64,000 nt of DNA, from contig JYFJ02000634.1 in assembly GCA_000934665.2 (NCBI GenBank), forward strand, positions 1 to 64,000, read 5' to 3'. The position numbers and the translations under genes were made by a program. Shown here piece after piece: positions 49,301-62,407 of this stretch. How positions within the stretch are numbered: position 1 is the stretch's first letter; each line of letters opens with the position of its first letter. The notes beneath the pieces are model-generated. The model did not search any database. It was given only the letters and a program-made list of their open reading frames with translations, and was not told the DNA's origin. The stretch is from Catajapyx aquilonaris. Lineage: Eukaryota.

Positions 49301-50471
49301 TAACTTGTAACGTGGCACCTAGACGATTGTAAATATGTAGGAGCCACATTCCACGGCAAAGTTAAAAGCGCTTCAGAATGAAGGAGCGCAAAGTAGAGCG
49401 CTCCATTGCTGCCGTGTTACTTGTGATAAAGCGCGTCAAAATTCAACGCGTGTTTCCGTTACACGGGCTTCAACCTGTTTGAGGCGGGTTAAAGCCTGCT
49501 GCCTTGTAATTCTCGACCGAAAGCGGGGCATATCGACACGTTTTGAAAGGAAGAGGTAGAAAAGCACCATAACGTGGGTGACTGAGCAAAAGTTTAAGCA
49601 GCGAACATGATCGGCTGTGAAAGGTATTACCGCTGCTTCCCGGAGCGAATTAACCTAATTGCACGCCCTCTTTTTATCCCACCAGAATATGAGAGAGGTT
49701 GATGGAGCAAGAATGTCTGGTTGGAAAGGGGAGCCAGTCTTGCGCAACAATGACGCGGAACGAAAACATAAAGAGGACTAAAAATGAGGCACACGTGCCC
49801 GAGTTTTTCTTCTCCAGCAGCCAACCGAATGGACCTTAAGGGACCATTCACACTGCGGCGGAAACCCAGACCGGATCAAAACCTTGGCGCAACAAACTCG
49901 ACAAATTATTCACCAGCTTCTTGTTTGTTGCCACCTTCGCTCCTTTTCTCTCTGCGGCAATGCAGGAGAACTTCGCTGTCGCAGTGTAGTTACACAGTCC
50001 TACTTGGCAATTTGGCAGCTAGGCCTGAGGTCGTCCAGCATTATTATACTGGTGACAAGTTTCTAAAAGTTTGATAAGTATCGATATAATGCGCCTTAAC
50101 AGATCGATATGTCCTGTTACATGCCCCTTTAGAAGCCCAGTTAAATTGTACTGTTGTATTCGGCTCAGCGTGGCTAGAGCGTAGCTTTCTGCAGACTTAG
50201 AGCCGCGTTACATGGCACCAGTTAAAGGCGCTTCAGAAAGGAGATCAAAGTAGAGCGCTCTGTTGCTGCCACGCTGTAAAGCGAAAATTCAACTCATGTT
50301 GAGATGCCCGAAGTAGGCTCACTAGTCTGCTGCTTTGTAACTCCCTACAGAAAGCGGGCCATATCAACACGATTTGAAACGAAGCGCTACAAAAGTGTCC
50401 TGTAAAGTGGCAAGGATGAAGCGATTCATCCTGAGACGTCCCATAGTATAGGGATACACCACGTTCAGAAC

Positions 50472-50638
50472 TCTGCCGTCCCAAGGAGAAACGCCCTAAC
50501 TGCAAAACTAGCAAAGGTGAGAGTCGCATGCAATGTCCTGCACTAAACCCTCCTGAGTCAGGGAGGCTTAGTGCAGGGGATGCACACGACATTTCTACTA
50601 GTTTTGCAGTTAGGGTGTTTCTCCTTGGGACGGCAGAA
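50472..50638. mobile_element. Palindromic MITE
   Basis: tctgccgtcccaaggagaaacgccctaactgcaaaactag / ctagttttgcagttagggtgtttctccttgggacggcaga. Confidence 0.78.
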
Positions 50639-51770
50639 CTGCTTTATGCGATTGAGCGGGGTGTACCATATGTTTCGGCATGAGAAATAGTACTTTGGTC
50701 GGGAATGGCTGTTTCTTTTAAGTTGCGGTTACACAGGAGAGGGTTAACATTGTCGAGGTGTGAGGTTGTGTGTGGTGAGGTGCCGCTAGTTTCTTCCTAT
50801 GTTAACTAGGTGGCTCTAGGTGAATCTAGGCGGTGCCAGTGAGTGAGAAGACGTGTGATGGAAAAAAGGGAAGAAGAGACAGCCAGAGTGGGTCATAGGT
50901 CAGGTGAGTAGAGGTAGACGCATAGGCCAGCAGGTGAGATGGTTAAGACAGAAAAGAAGATAGAGAGAGAAAGGTGCTGACCGTCCGGACGAATGGTAGA
51001 GGGCATGACGGGGGCGCGACGGTTGCGGCGCTTCCGACGCCTCCGACGCCAGCGACGGATGCTGAGGCCGAGGTGGAGGCGTCGCTGGTGGCGTCCGTCA
51101 GAGAGCGCTTCAAGTGCGCCCGACGAGCTTGCGACAGACTCTGAGGGTTCAGCAGCAGCCCGCCCTGTGTGTGTACATGCAACGTGTGTACCGTACACCG
51201 CCTCCTTCACCAAAAAACCGCGTCGCTCATCCAATCAAAAAAACCCTCCCGCTAGCTAACAAACTCTACTCTCTGTCTACGCTACTATCTACTCTAAACC
51301 ATGTCCAGTGCGCATCTAACTACGGTACAAATAGATTTTATAGTGCTCATTAGCCGGTTAGATGAAAATAGGACATGATCGTGCACACGTCTCTTTCCCG
51401 CTGCTGGGCGCCATTGTGATGTCTCCACCTATATCTCAAAAGTGGTCCGCAACGGCCAATAAGAATCCAATGTTGTTAACAAAGAAGACGAGAGGGTGAA
51501 GAAATGGTGAAACGTATCGCCATCAACATATATCCGACGTTCATGCGTGCGTTTACGCAATGCGTATAGAGAAGGGGACAGCAAAAGACAAGTGAATGGA
51601 AAGTTGCAGGCGACACAGCAGCGAGATTACCAGAGACAAGGGGAAGAGAGAAAAAGGGGGCCTACGTTACGTATACCAACACGTGACGAGTAGTAGATGT
51701 GGTAGTAGTAGAAGTAGTAGTAGTTTTAAGTAGACGGCTGGAGGGGAAAATCACGTACCCAACCTCCTAC

Positions 51771-52134
51771 CTGCTTGAACTGCCTGATGGCGCCATTGAC
51801 TCGCATGGAGTCAGCGGCGATTCCAGCGATCCCATCGCCGGGTTCGCGAAGCTGCCTGAGCGAGGAGGCTCCGCCCACCCCAGCGACGCTACCGACGCCA
51901 ACCCCTCCGGCTGCGGCGGCGGCTGCAGCTGCCGCCACAGTGGACGCCTGGTGGTGGCAGCACAGGCACGACGCTTCGGGTTGGGAGTGCTGCCTGATTA
52001 TCCGCACGTCGCGTGAGGACGAGTCGCACCCGAGCGCTGGGGCTCGCACGGAGTCGCGCGACGGCGCTCGAGACAGGGACGTCAGGAGCGGGGCTGCCAG
52101 AAGAGCCTCGCAGCGGCAGCACCGAATACTGTCC
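51771..52134 (-). CDS. SK: SK exon 2 (long N-terminal isoform; IIRQHSQPE ... DGIAGIAADSMRVNGAIRQFKQ)
   Basis: ttttgtttcag|G ... cag|gtagga; 364 nt, phase 2 to 0; joins LRKPV as in insect SK long isoforms. Confidence 0.85.
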
Positions 52135-52609
52135 CTGAAACAAAAGGAAGTTGTTCTGGTCAATCTGGCAACTCCGATTGGCTTATGGCCCTGAATTGAG
52201 CGTTGCAATGCCCACTGAGGGGCCCTTGTGCGCAGTGAGGGCTAGAAGCTTTAAGTGTTGGTCGAAGCAGGGTTGCTCACTCCACTTGCAAGTGTACACC
52301 TGTGATTGCTCGTACTCCCTGGTAATCATCAGTAATTAATCGTACAATCACTCCATATTGCACCAGATTACGCGTGATTACGTTACTGATTGCGAATCCT
52401 ACAAGTTATGCTGTATAGTCATTAATGATTCTCTGCGATTACGCCATTATTGGTGATTACTCGATGTTTGATTGCGAGTGATTAATTTTGATTACATATG
52501 GTAGCGTAAACATGATTAACAATTTTAGCTGATTACGTGTAATAGATCGTGGTAACTGACAAACAAGGTGTACACCTTACAGTGTGGTAGTTAACCTTTC
52601 GTTGTATAC

Positions 52610-53166
52610 CTGTGGTGTTGGTGCAGGTGTTGAGCGTGCGCATGGGCGTGTGCATGCTGGTGTCCCTGATGGCGTCCGCCGGAGCAACAGCAGCAGGCAG
52701 AAGACGATAGCTCTGCGACGCCGGCGACGCCTGCCGACGCCACACCTCGCCGGCAGTGCAACTCGATGTCCGGGACGGACCTGGCTCCCTCAGTGGCCAC
52801 GCTCATCTCGGACGGCCTCAGCGACAGGGCGTCTCGAGCGTCTCGGGCGTCTCTTCCCGGCGCTCCGATGAGGCCGATCATGTCCAGACAGACGTTTCCG
52901 CCCCGGTCGACGCCATCGACGCTCCCTCCAGCGTCGTGGCATCTTTGGTCCTCTTCATCGTCGTCCACATGCGATTCGGCCCTGATGAGAGGCGTCGACG
53001 CCGTCGCCACTGTGCTGGGCGCGGGCGTCGCCACCAGCGGCTGAGTGGCGTCGTCTGAGGCGTAGCCAGAGTTCCCCTGCGGCGGCGTCGAGTCGCTGTT
53101 GGGCAGCAGCGTCTCGGTGGAGTCGGCGCGCGTCGGGGGCGTCTGCGGCGTGCTGGAGGAACTCAT
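52610..53166 (-). CDS. SK: SK first coding exon (long N-terminal isoform); exon probably begins at 53280 with 5' UTR
   Basis: Acceptor ctgcgcag at 53281, in-frame TGA upstream of ATG 53166. GC-rich ORF of 557 nt ending ag|gtatac (phase 2), compatible with exon 2. Confidence 0.7.
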
Positions 53167-56100
53167 GCCTGACGGACGCCGAACCGACGCTCCCTTGCTG
53201 GACGACGCGACGCCCCCGACCACGCCGACCACGCCCACATGCTTCGAAGCCACTCCGACGACTTCTCACTCACACTCCACCTGCGCAGAAGCAGTGCACA
53301 TGTGCTCAGTGTTTCAAAGCCATCAAGTCACGTGCTGACCGTGAATTATATTCAAGCAGAAAATAAAGTCACGAACATATATACAAAGCATTATGTACAA
53401 CTTGGCTACACTGCCCGGCCCTCCTCCCACTAGGACGTAGTACGATATATGCCACTCACAGCTGGCTCTGCCCACTACTGCTTAGTAGTACTACACATAT
53501 GATTTTTTACTGTCGCAACCGAGTGCGCACCCACCCTCGCGCAGATCAGCGTTTCGACGACAGCGTTGCCAAAGTTACTCATCGGAGGTCAAACAATAAT
53601 TCTCACCCGCAACCTATGAGGTTAGTTCCCGAGTTTTGGCGACGTCGCAAACGCCGGCCAAGAGTAGCGTTGGAAATAAGAGCAGTGAAGTTCATCCACT
53701 ATACAGAGAGCTTACCAGATATCATTGACAAGCGCTTCTTATGCTATGACCTGACCATGTTTTCTTTTTGTAAACTTTGGTGCGCACTAAGTTTCACTCG
53801 TAAAAAAAATCGTATAATTATGTACATGCAAGTAAGTGATGAATCACCTTGGTCAGACACAGTCTGGCCTAGCCAATTATACTGCATATAACATACTGAA
53901 ATATGTCGCACGTCCTAAGTACAATATAGTATAGGTGAATTTGTTTACTAACTCAACCGAGTGAGCACCCACACTCGCGCAGCTCCATTGTTCTGCCATA
54001 GGTACTCCCCAGTTGTAGCCTCTAAGGTTCGTTCCAAAGCCTATTGGCAACGTCGCAAAAGTATATTGTTATCTCCCCAAGCGTAGCGTTGGAAATAAGT
54101 CCAGTGTGTTTACCAGCACACCCACTATACAGAAGGTTTACCAGCTATATAACCTATCATTGATAATAATTCCAACCATTCAAGCTGCGCTAACTGTGCT
54201 GCGTATACTCGGTTAAGAGCGTTAAAAAATTCATGTAGCTATAGGAGCGATTTGATGGGCCGACAGATGGCACGATTCACTGGACCGCGACTAGTGCCAT
54301 CTGTGCCCCCTTTTGTGCGGTCTGGTAAACTAAACCTATGGTTATCCACAGATGGAGTAAGCGTGGCTAATGCGGTAACAATGTTCTTTCCAGCGCGGGG
54401 ATTTCCGATCCTAATTATCCAGACCGGTCCTTCCTGACATGTAATAATCGCAATTAGCCCTTTTTGCAATCCGGCCAACCCCCGCTGCAGAAGAAAATCG
54501 GATTAAATCGCATTAGAGCCAGCTCACCGGCCCACTGGGGGGCTCCAGCGATTCGATCCGGATCCTCCCCAAAAATTTGGCAGCATCCAATATTTTGGAC
54601 CAAATCATGGATCACGGGTGTATAGGGAGGCAGGGGGACACCCGCAAACATATTGCAGTTAATTACCCAGCGGTTTTTCCGTGTAAAAATCTGCAGTGAT
54701 AGAGTCGGAATTAATTACTCCGACGTCATTCAAGATGGCGGCCTAATAATTATTATGAAATGGCATGGATGCAATTGCAGCACCAGGTAATTGAATTGCA
54801 CGCAGGTAATTGCACTGGAGGCATGCGAGTCCCCCTAGGGACCAGAGCGCAAGTAATCACTGAATGTAAACAGCCCCAAACAAATGAAGGGGGTTTATGG
54901 CCCGCATAATTAACGCATTGCAACATGCAACAATGCAGCAAGGTGTACTATCGCCCACTAAAAGAGATAGGGGAGCCCTTCAAATAATATTGTCTCTCGT
55001 GTAATAACAACAATCGCAATTATTGTATAATTAAGTACAGTACTGATGCGATAATTATTGTGACAAGGCATGTTAATCGAAACCTACATAATTACACCGT
55101 CACAAATTAATATTGTAACTACCTATCAACGTGTTCCTCATTTTCAAACAAATCGTGATTAAGTTGGCAGCCCTGATGGTCACACGATCCCATTCAGCCA
55201 CTTCTGACACCATTATCCTGATTGGCTAACTGTCTCAAGCAATTCTGCCAACAGTCTCGGTCTCGGTGGGGTAAGGTTGGCAATCCTTGATGGCCACGAT
55301 TCGTCCAATCCTGACAGCTCATGCCCCTGATTGGCTAACTGACTCAAGCAGCGCTGCCAACCTGACTTTTTTCGTGTAAGAATCCGCACCTTTGCCCCTT
55401 GGCAGCGTGATTTGATCGATCGCTCTTTTTTTTTTTGATTGATCAGTCTTAATCAGATGATCCCTTCCGTGTAAAGGCTGTCGTCCAATCTGAGGAGTTA
55501 GAGCCCCAGACCTGTCCAAGAGTGTATTTGGCGCTAATTGGTTGAAGCGGGAGAAGGTAGTCCAATGTAGTTACCTGCGCCAGTAATTATGATCCGCTCC
55601 GGAGGCGGATGAGTCCCGCTGTCTAATTGGGCGTGACCCTGCCGCGACCTCACTAATAATGTAGGTCACCGCCTGGCACAGTAGTACGATAGGTGACAAT
55701 CAGCATTTTTAAAAATAAAGCGCGATTGCGATAGTCGTTTCCATACATTGTGCACGATTGCAATTTTTTTCTGATTCCGATTCGCTATTATTGGCAAAAA
55801 AAATATGCAGAATTTGCAAACGAGTCGGAATCAGATGGCTTCACAACTCTCACCACAGCGGATCAAATATTGCAAGTAAAACGTGTCCAAAATGTTGCAA
55901 TTTTTTGCAAAATATGCTGATAATTGCAGATTCGATGTCGCGACTTACATAAAACGCTAAATGCCAATTAAAAAGTGGGATCGATAGTTTTTAGGCTTGT
56001 GTCGCGTTACATACACCGATAGCGAAAAAATTCGCTTTGCAAATGATCTGTCGTCAACAGCTATCGATCACCGGGTGTGCCAAATGAGCACTTTTGCAAA

Positions 56101-56805
56101 GTGCAAAATTCAAATGGATTTAATCCGTTAACTGCAGTAGTAATTAAAGCAAGTTTGTCCATTAGAATCTTTGGAGGGGGAGGTGGGGGGAGTTTGCTAA
56201 CAAATGGAAGCGTTGGAATGAGACACTGCAAATATTTGGCCGAGGGATTACTGCCAAAAAACCATGCTCCTTCCAGCCAATTTTCGCACTATGGCCCAAC
56301 AAAAAAAGGTGTCCCTTTATATCTTTTTTCCATTTTTTTTTCATTGCGAATGTGTCTGGCCTTTTTTTTTGCAGAGTGGAGCATCGGAGCAAGACACGTG
56401 CTGAAATTGCACGCCAATTTTAGGATTCTGCACGGGTGGCCACTTCTGCTCCAGACCAATATTGCATTCGGGGAGGTATATTTTTGGCAACAGGCTCCGC
56501 TCCACTCTCAAGCTTCTAAGAGAGAAGAAAAAAAGGCTGCCCACATTTGGCCTACAAGCCTTATTATTTTGCTATTCGCACAAAAAAAACCAAGCAATAT
56601 CAGTCCTAATTTATGCCAAAGTGCTTTTTTCGCAAATGTTATTACAGCAAGTCTCTCATATGCAGTTTGTTCAAAGTGAAATTGGAAGAAAAAAAAATCT
56701 CGAACCACTTCGGGTGGATCTATTGGAATAAACTACAGGTACATATTGGTGGCATTATTTATTTATCTATTTATCTATTTATTTATTCAATTAATTAATT
56801 AATTA

Positions 56806-56990
56806 GCTAGCCGCGGAGCCCGTTCTTCGCACGGCTAGTTTTGTAATCAATAACAGCCTATCACTGTTTGTTGATGCCCTGGTATAAACCCTGTTGACAT
56901 GGACAAACAAACAAACAACCACCTGGCCATGGTAACCCCTTTGTCATGGACAAAGTAACTAACTTTCCCTTATGTGATGTAAGATTTATT
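56806..56990 (-). mobile_element. Short Helitron-like element (related copy ~45195-45330)
   Basis: CTAG next to a cccgttcttcgcacgg hairpin, and a caaacaaac...aacttt segment shared between the two loci. Confidence 0.5.
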
Positions 56991-57997
56991 TATTTATTTA
57001 TTTATTCATTCATTCATTTAATTGTCATTGACTAGCAACCGAACAGACTTTCCCTTATATGTAAGATTTACCGTATTTATTTGTCATGGACAAACAACCG
57101 AACAAACTTTCCCTCTATGTAAGATTTATTTATTTATTTATTTATTTATTTATTTGTTTATTTATTTGATTGTTTATTTGTCATGAACAAACAACCAAAC
57201 ATACTTTCACTTATTATTGTATATGTACAGTATACCCTACAGTATACAAGGGAAAGTTTGTTTAGTTGTTTGGTTGTTTGTTTGACATTGTGCAGAATTT
57301 GCAAGTGCTTAAACATGTCATTCATACTTCTGGCTAAGTAGTAATTACTTTTGTCCAAAATAATTAGGAACGATCACAGAGCAGATATTTTCACAAAAAA
57401 TGGCCCGCACAAGAGTAATAATTACACGAGCACCGTGTGCTGCGATAATGTTTTTGCAGCATATGCGTCCTAATTACTCTTATTAGATAAAGGTTCCTCC
57501 CCAAGGTTATGCCACCGGTTATACGACACAAACTTCTGGAGTTGAGGACCGGTCCCAGCTTGATTATTATTCGCAGTCACGAGGAGAAGCTTTTTTGCAT
57601 ATCGCGCAATTACTCATCCCCCCCCCCCTTTTTCCCCCGAAGTATCGCACTTGCTAGCCCTCATTACTATCAGAGACCTAATTATTTCCAACCCTCTCCA
57701 AGAGGATAATGCGCTCTATCTTTTTTACCGATCGTGTGTACTTGGGAGAGTGCTAAGCGGAAAATAATTATGACTCTTCGAACTAGGTTAGAAGCTCGTA
57801 TCGGAAAACACTGCTTCGTAAATTTCATTGTTAACAAGCAAAACGATGGCAACGGAACTCCTCTAACATTTGCCAATTTTTTTAAACAAACCCAACCGAG
57901 TGCGCACCTTCATTTGCGCAGCGCCATTGTTCTGACCACACGTTGCCACAATCACTCCCCAGGGGCTAAAATATATATATATTTCACACCCATACCA

Positions 57998-58328
57998 GGG
58001 AGCATATACTACATAAGAGGCGCAAACTACTGTCGGCGGCGCCTTTGATGTCCGCGTCTCTCTGTTTGGGGCCGTTGCCAAGGCTGGCGGCCATTTTGAG
58101 GTGTGGGCAACGCCAACGAGGTATCTTTGATGGTTTTGGCGGCCATGGCAACTACACGGCAAGAACACGCGCGAATCGAAGATGGCGGACCCTATTTTTG
58201 CCTGTACCCTATTTATACCCCGTTGGCGTTGCCCACACTATGAAATGGCCGCCAGCCTTGGCAACGCCAAAAACAGAGAGACGCGTAAATCGAATGAATG
58301 CGCCTCTTATGTAGTATAATATGCTCCC
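57998..58328. mobile_element. MITE nested in a copy of the 40-bp-TIR family
   Basis: gggagcatatactacataagaggcgca / tgcgcctcttatgtagtataatatgctccc inverted termini, with internal inverted repeats. Confidence 0.72.
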
Positions 58329-61300
58329 TGCCAATACCTTCTGATGTTCGTTTCAGAGTTGGCAACGTCGCAAACGTCGGCTACTTTCCCTCCATGCGTA
58401 GCGTTGGAAATAAGTTCAGTGCTTATTTACGAGGGCTCAGCCACTATCATTGATAATTCCAACCGCGAACGCTGAGCCAAGTGTGGTTCTCACTCGGTTA
58501 CGTTCGTAAAGAAAATGAACTAAAGGTATAGTGCCAACTGCATTAATTACAAAATCGGATGAACAGTTTGCAATTATTTCATGTTGGTAAAACCACTTAG
58601 AGGTCAAACGTGTTATGTGATGTTGTTAATACAATTATTAGAGAAATTAATAAACAATAACGTTTGGTTGACATACCAGAGGTTTCGTCATTATAATTAT
58701 AGTCAACCTACTCAAAACTAACACGGCTTGTCATCAAAAAACCAATTTGCGTTGGCAATTTCCTGCAACTCGTTATAAACTCTTAACTACAACCCTCTTT
58801 ATCACGAAACAAGTGCTGGAAATAAAACTAGACCCAGTTTCGCCCCCCCCCCCCTCCCTTTCCCTCCTTTTTTATGCTTCAAACTTTTATTATTATTATT
58901 GGAGGTCAAATCCGGCGATTTCCAGCATGCCATCAGTTTTTGGTTTCCTCTAGTGTTGTCTCCACACTAAAGTGGCCTCCAAACTTATTATAGTTCCAAA
59001 ATACTCGTTTCCACCAAACCCAAAAAATTAGTGACAAACGGGGTGCAATTTTCGTCCCACTGCTTACTGCTGTAGTACTGCTTAGTTAGCAGTAACTTGT
59101 AACTATACCAGTGGGACGAAAATTCGACCCAAGATGTCCAAGTCTAATGCGCGGGGGCGGAGGGGGTTGCATTGATTTATAATCAAAATAATTAGGCTAC
59201 CCAGATTTAAAATAATCCAGATTATATTCAAAAAATTATCTACTTCAAATATATGAAATTTAGGTTCATTCTAAGTACCATACCGTATATGAAGTTTCAG
59301 AATTATGATGTTTATGTCACCAATTTTGGGATTGGGTCCGGAACGGGTCCGGAATTAATTTGGACAAACAGACAGGCAAAAAAACAAACAAACTTTTCCT
59401 TAATTGTACATATAGTGTAGAATTATTATGTTAATGCGACCAATTTTTGGTAATGGGTCCGGAACGGGTCCGAAATGAAATGGGACAAACAGACAGACAA
59501 ACAAGCAAACAAACTTTATCTGTTATATAAATAATTGTAATCTTACACATAAATAAAAGGGAAAGCTTGTTGGCTAGTTTGTTTGTCTGTCTGTTTGTCC
59601 CATTTAATTCCGGACCCGTTCCCAACATTCACTGACATAAACATCATAACTCTAAAATGTCATACATTTAAAACTAATCAAAATTTTGTACATTTTTATA
59701 TAAATCGAAACTTATTGGAATACAATCTGGCGTATTTTTTGAATCGTGGGTAGTGGACCCATCTAGCGGTGAGAAGAGCCGATCAGATTGAAGTTGAGCT
59801 GACGAGGTGCTGCCATCTGGCCGTCTGCCTGGACACTATGGCGTCGTGAGCGTCGCGGCGCCCTGCCGGCTATTGATCATGACGTGATGCGGCGCAAAAA
59901 CAAGGGGCTCTTTTTCTCATAGCAGACCTTGCATTCCAAGCACAACCCTGCACTAGGTTGCACCTGTTCGTCCCCCCCAACAATACACCAACAATGCACT
60001 GCACCTGCGCGGATATATGTACCGATCCTAGCACACAATCTGTTTATTTACACATGATTCAATCCGTCGGTTGTTTTTATGCCGACGGAGCGTCGTGAGC
60101 GTCTCTTTCCGTAAAAAAGGGGTCTCCCGAAACAAGCCTTATCCAGCCCTTATCCATATTTCATCGGATCCATTCTGTGACGCAACTGCGTCGCTTTATG
60201 AACACGTTTATTGAACGGTTATTTCCGACCACCCGCCTTCTACGTGTGTCATCTATGAATTCCTATACATCTACTATAGTTCAATCAATTTTTTTGTACT
60301 TTTGCATGAGGAGAACACAAGAAACTACTCTTGCTTTAGTTGTAGTAGTGTAGGCCAACGCGTAGGAAACTGTACCAAGTTACTCCTACTTGAGTGTGCG
60401 AACAGGTGTGTTTAAAGTTAGACAGCGTCTCTGAATACTGTTCTTATAGACTCGACAATTAATTTGATAAGGGGGTCCGACCCAATCCACTCGCAGCACC
60501 CGTGTTCTTATAGACTATGAGGTCCCGAGGTCTCCGAACCCGGATGGGCTGAACCGGATTTAATCGCAGGTGTAAATCAAGCGTGACAAGCGTTTAAAGA
60601 CCGCAAAGCACGTAAGGGCTTATCGTCAGCTCTACTCTTCATAAGACTGGATCAAGCCCAGAACATTTAGTCCGGCAGAGTACCCACAAAAGCGAGGGGG
60701 TCAGCCCCGAATGAATATTAGAAAAGGCCTGGAGAAGGCTTAAATAGTTTTCCTCTCCTTGAGCCAGGTTCGCGTGCGGATTTGGAACAAGAGTTAGTCC
60801 CTGGCGAATAACAAGGAAGCCCACGATTGGTCCTAATAAATTAGCCAGGGTCCAATCAGAATGCGAGGAAGCAGCACGCTCTGGAAATTAATCAACGTTG
60901 TGAGATTCAGGTCGAGGCATTTAAATGCGCCTTTTTTGTGCGGCTCCAACTTGCTCAGACCCCCAAATTCAATATTCGCGGATTTCACCCAGGCTAGGCT
61001 GCTGGAGAAGGAGGATTTTGCGGAATATCCGATCTTCATATCGCTTGGCTCTCGCTTTTTTTCTTCAGTTCAACCCTGCTAATGCATTCTTTTCCCTTAG
61101 GGAAAAAGCTGAGGAAAAAAGAAACCTGGTTGCCTAATTTGCCTAAAGTGGCCCTCCCAGCAGAAGCGGCAGGTATTTTGGAATTCGCCAAATATTTCCC
61201 TCTCCACTGCTGTAAATAATCGCAAAAAGCAGCCGCTCAAAGGACGGGGAATTCTCACAACTTGTCTGGCTTGACACGCTGTTTAGCCCTACAAAAATGT

Positions 61301-62200
61301 GGGATTCGAGATGTCATCGCGTAACTTCAATTCATTACAACCTGGATTATAACGAGAATTATTACACCACACCCAAATATCATTACTTAACAATTTTTAA
61401 ATAGCGAACGTTTATAATATTTGTGTATAATTTCTGTTTTCATTCGTTGCCAAATAATACATGAAAAAAATCGTCAATTTTGGTGCAGTTTTCGGACTTT
61501 TCCCTCAGCGGCACATAAACCATCACTGTGCAACTCTCAGTAGTGCAGAAGTGGGTTAGGTAGATGGGGCAAACATCTGGAACAACTTTCTGCTTTATAT
61601 AATATGCGAGATTTGCTATAGTAATTAAATGAGATTGTCGTTTCATGGGGCAAAATTCAATCATGAGCTATACCGACAGCAAGTTTTTCCCTGCTAAATA
61701 TTAGCTAAAGATATTCTTTCTCGTTTGGACCACCGTCTGTTTGTTCCGTGTTTGTTGGAAGTATTGTTGCTTTTAAAACAATCCCGAAGGTCTCGTGCTT
61801 ATAACAGTGCAAGTTGAAAGACCATTGGCGGGACTGTGCTACTGAATATTTTAGCAGCTGTATTTCTCCGCCATAATTTGGGGGCCTCGGGTTCACTTAG
61901 CCAGTCATTTTCGGAGCTTATCGCTTATAAATAACATAACGCGTGCGCGTATACCACAGTACTTGTATGTCCTATACGTATGCGCCGGATTTTTTTTATA
62001 GCTCGCCATCATCATTATTACTTGGGCCAGAACAATGAACCAAGCATGTCGGAATAACACTCAATAACTTGTTTTAGAAATATGATAAAAGTATTCAACA
62101 TGAATGTTAAAATGATTAGTCACGATGAAGAATACAAATCGGATTATTATGACCTGCAACTGACAAGTTATGCAGTTTACAATGACATGCTACGATTATA

Positions 62201-62407
62201 CAGGGTGGTCCAAGTTCAAGTGTCGTTTTATAACGGCGATTAATAGCAGTGATTTTGCAATGACGTAGCAGCGACGCGTAAAATGTCCCACTTCGGCGCA
62301 TCTTCGGCGCAATCGAAGTGGGCAATTTTACACGTCGCTGCTACGTCATCGTTAGGCGCTTCTATTAATCGCCGTTATAAAACGACACTTGCACTTGGAC
62401 CACCCTG
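62201..62407. mobile_element. Tc1/mariner-type MITE (TA|CAGGGTG ... CACCCTG|TA)
   Basis: Long near-perfect inverted arms cagggtggtccaagt.caagtgtcgttttataacggcgattaatag with TA flanks. Confidence 0.85.
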
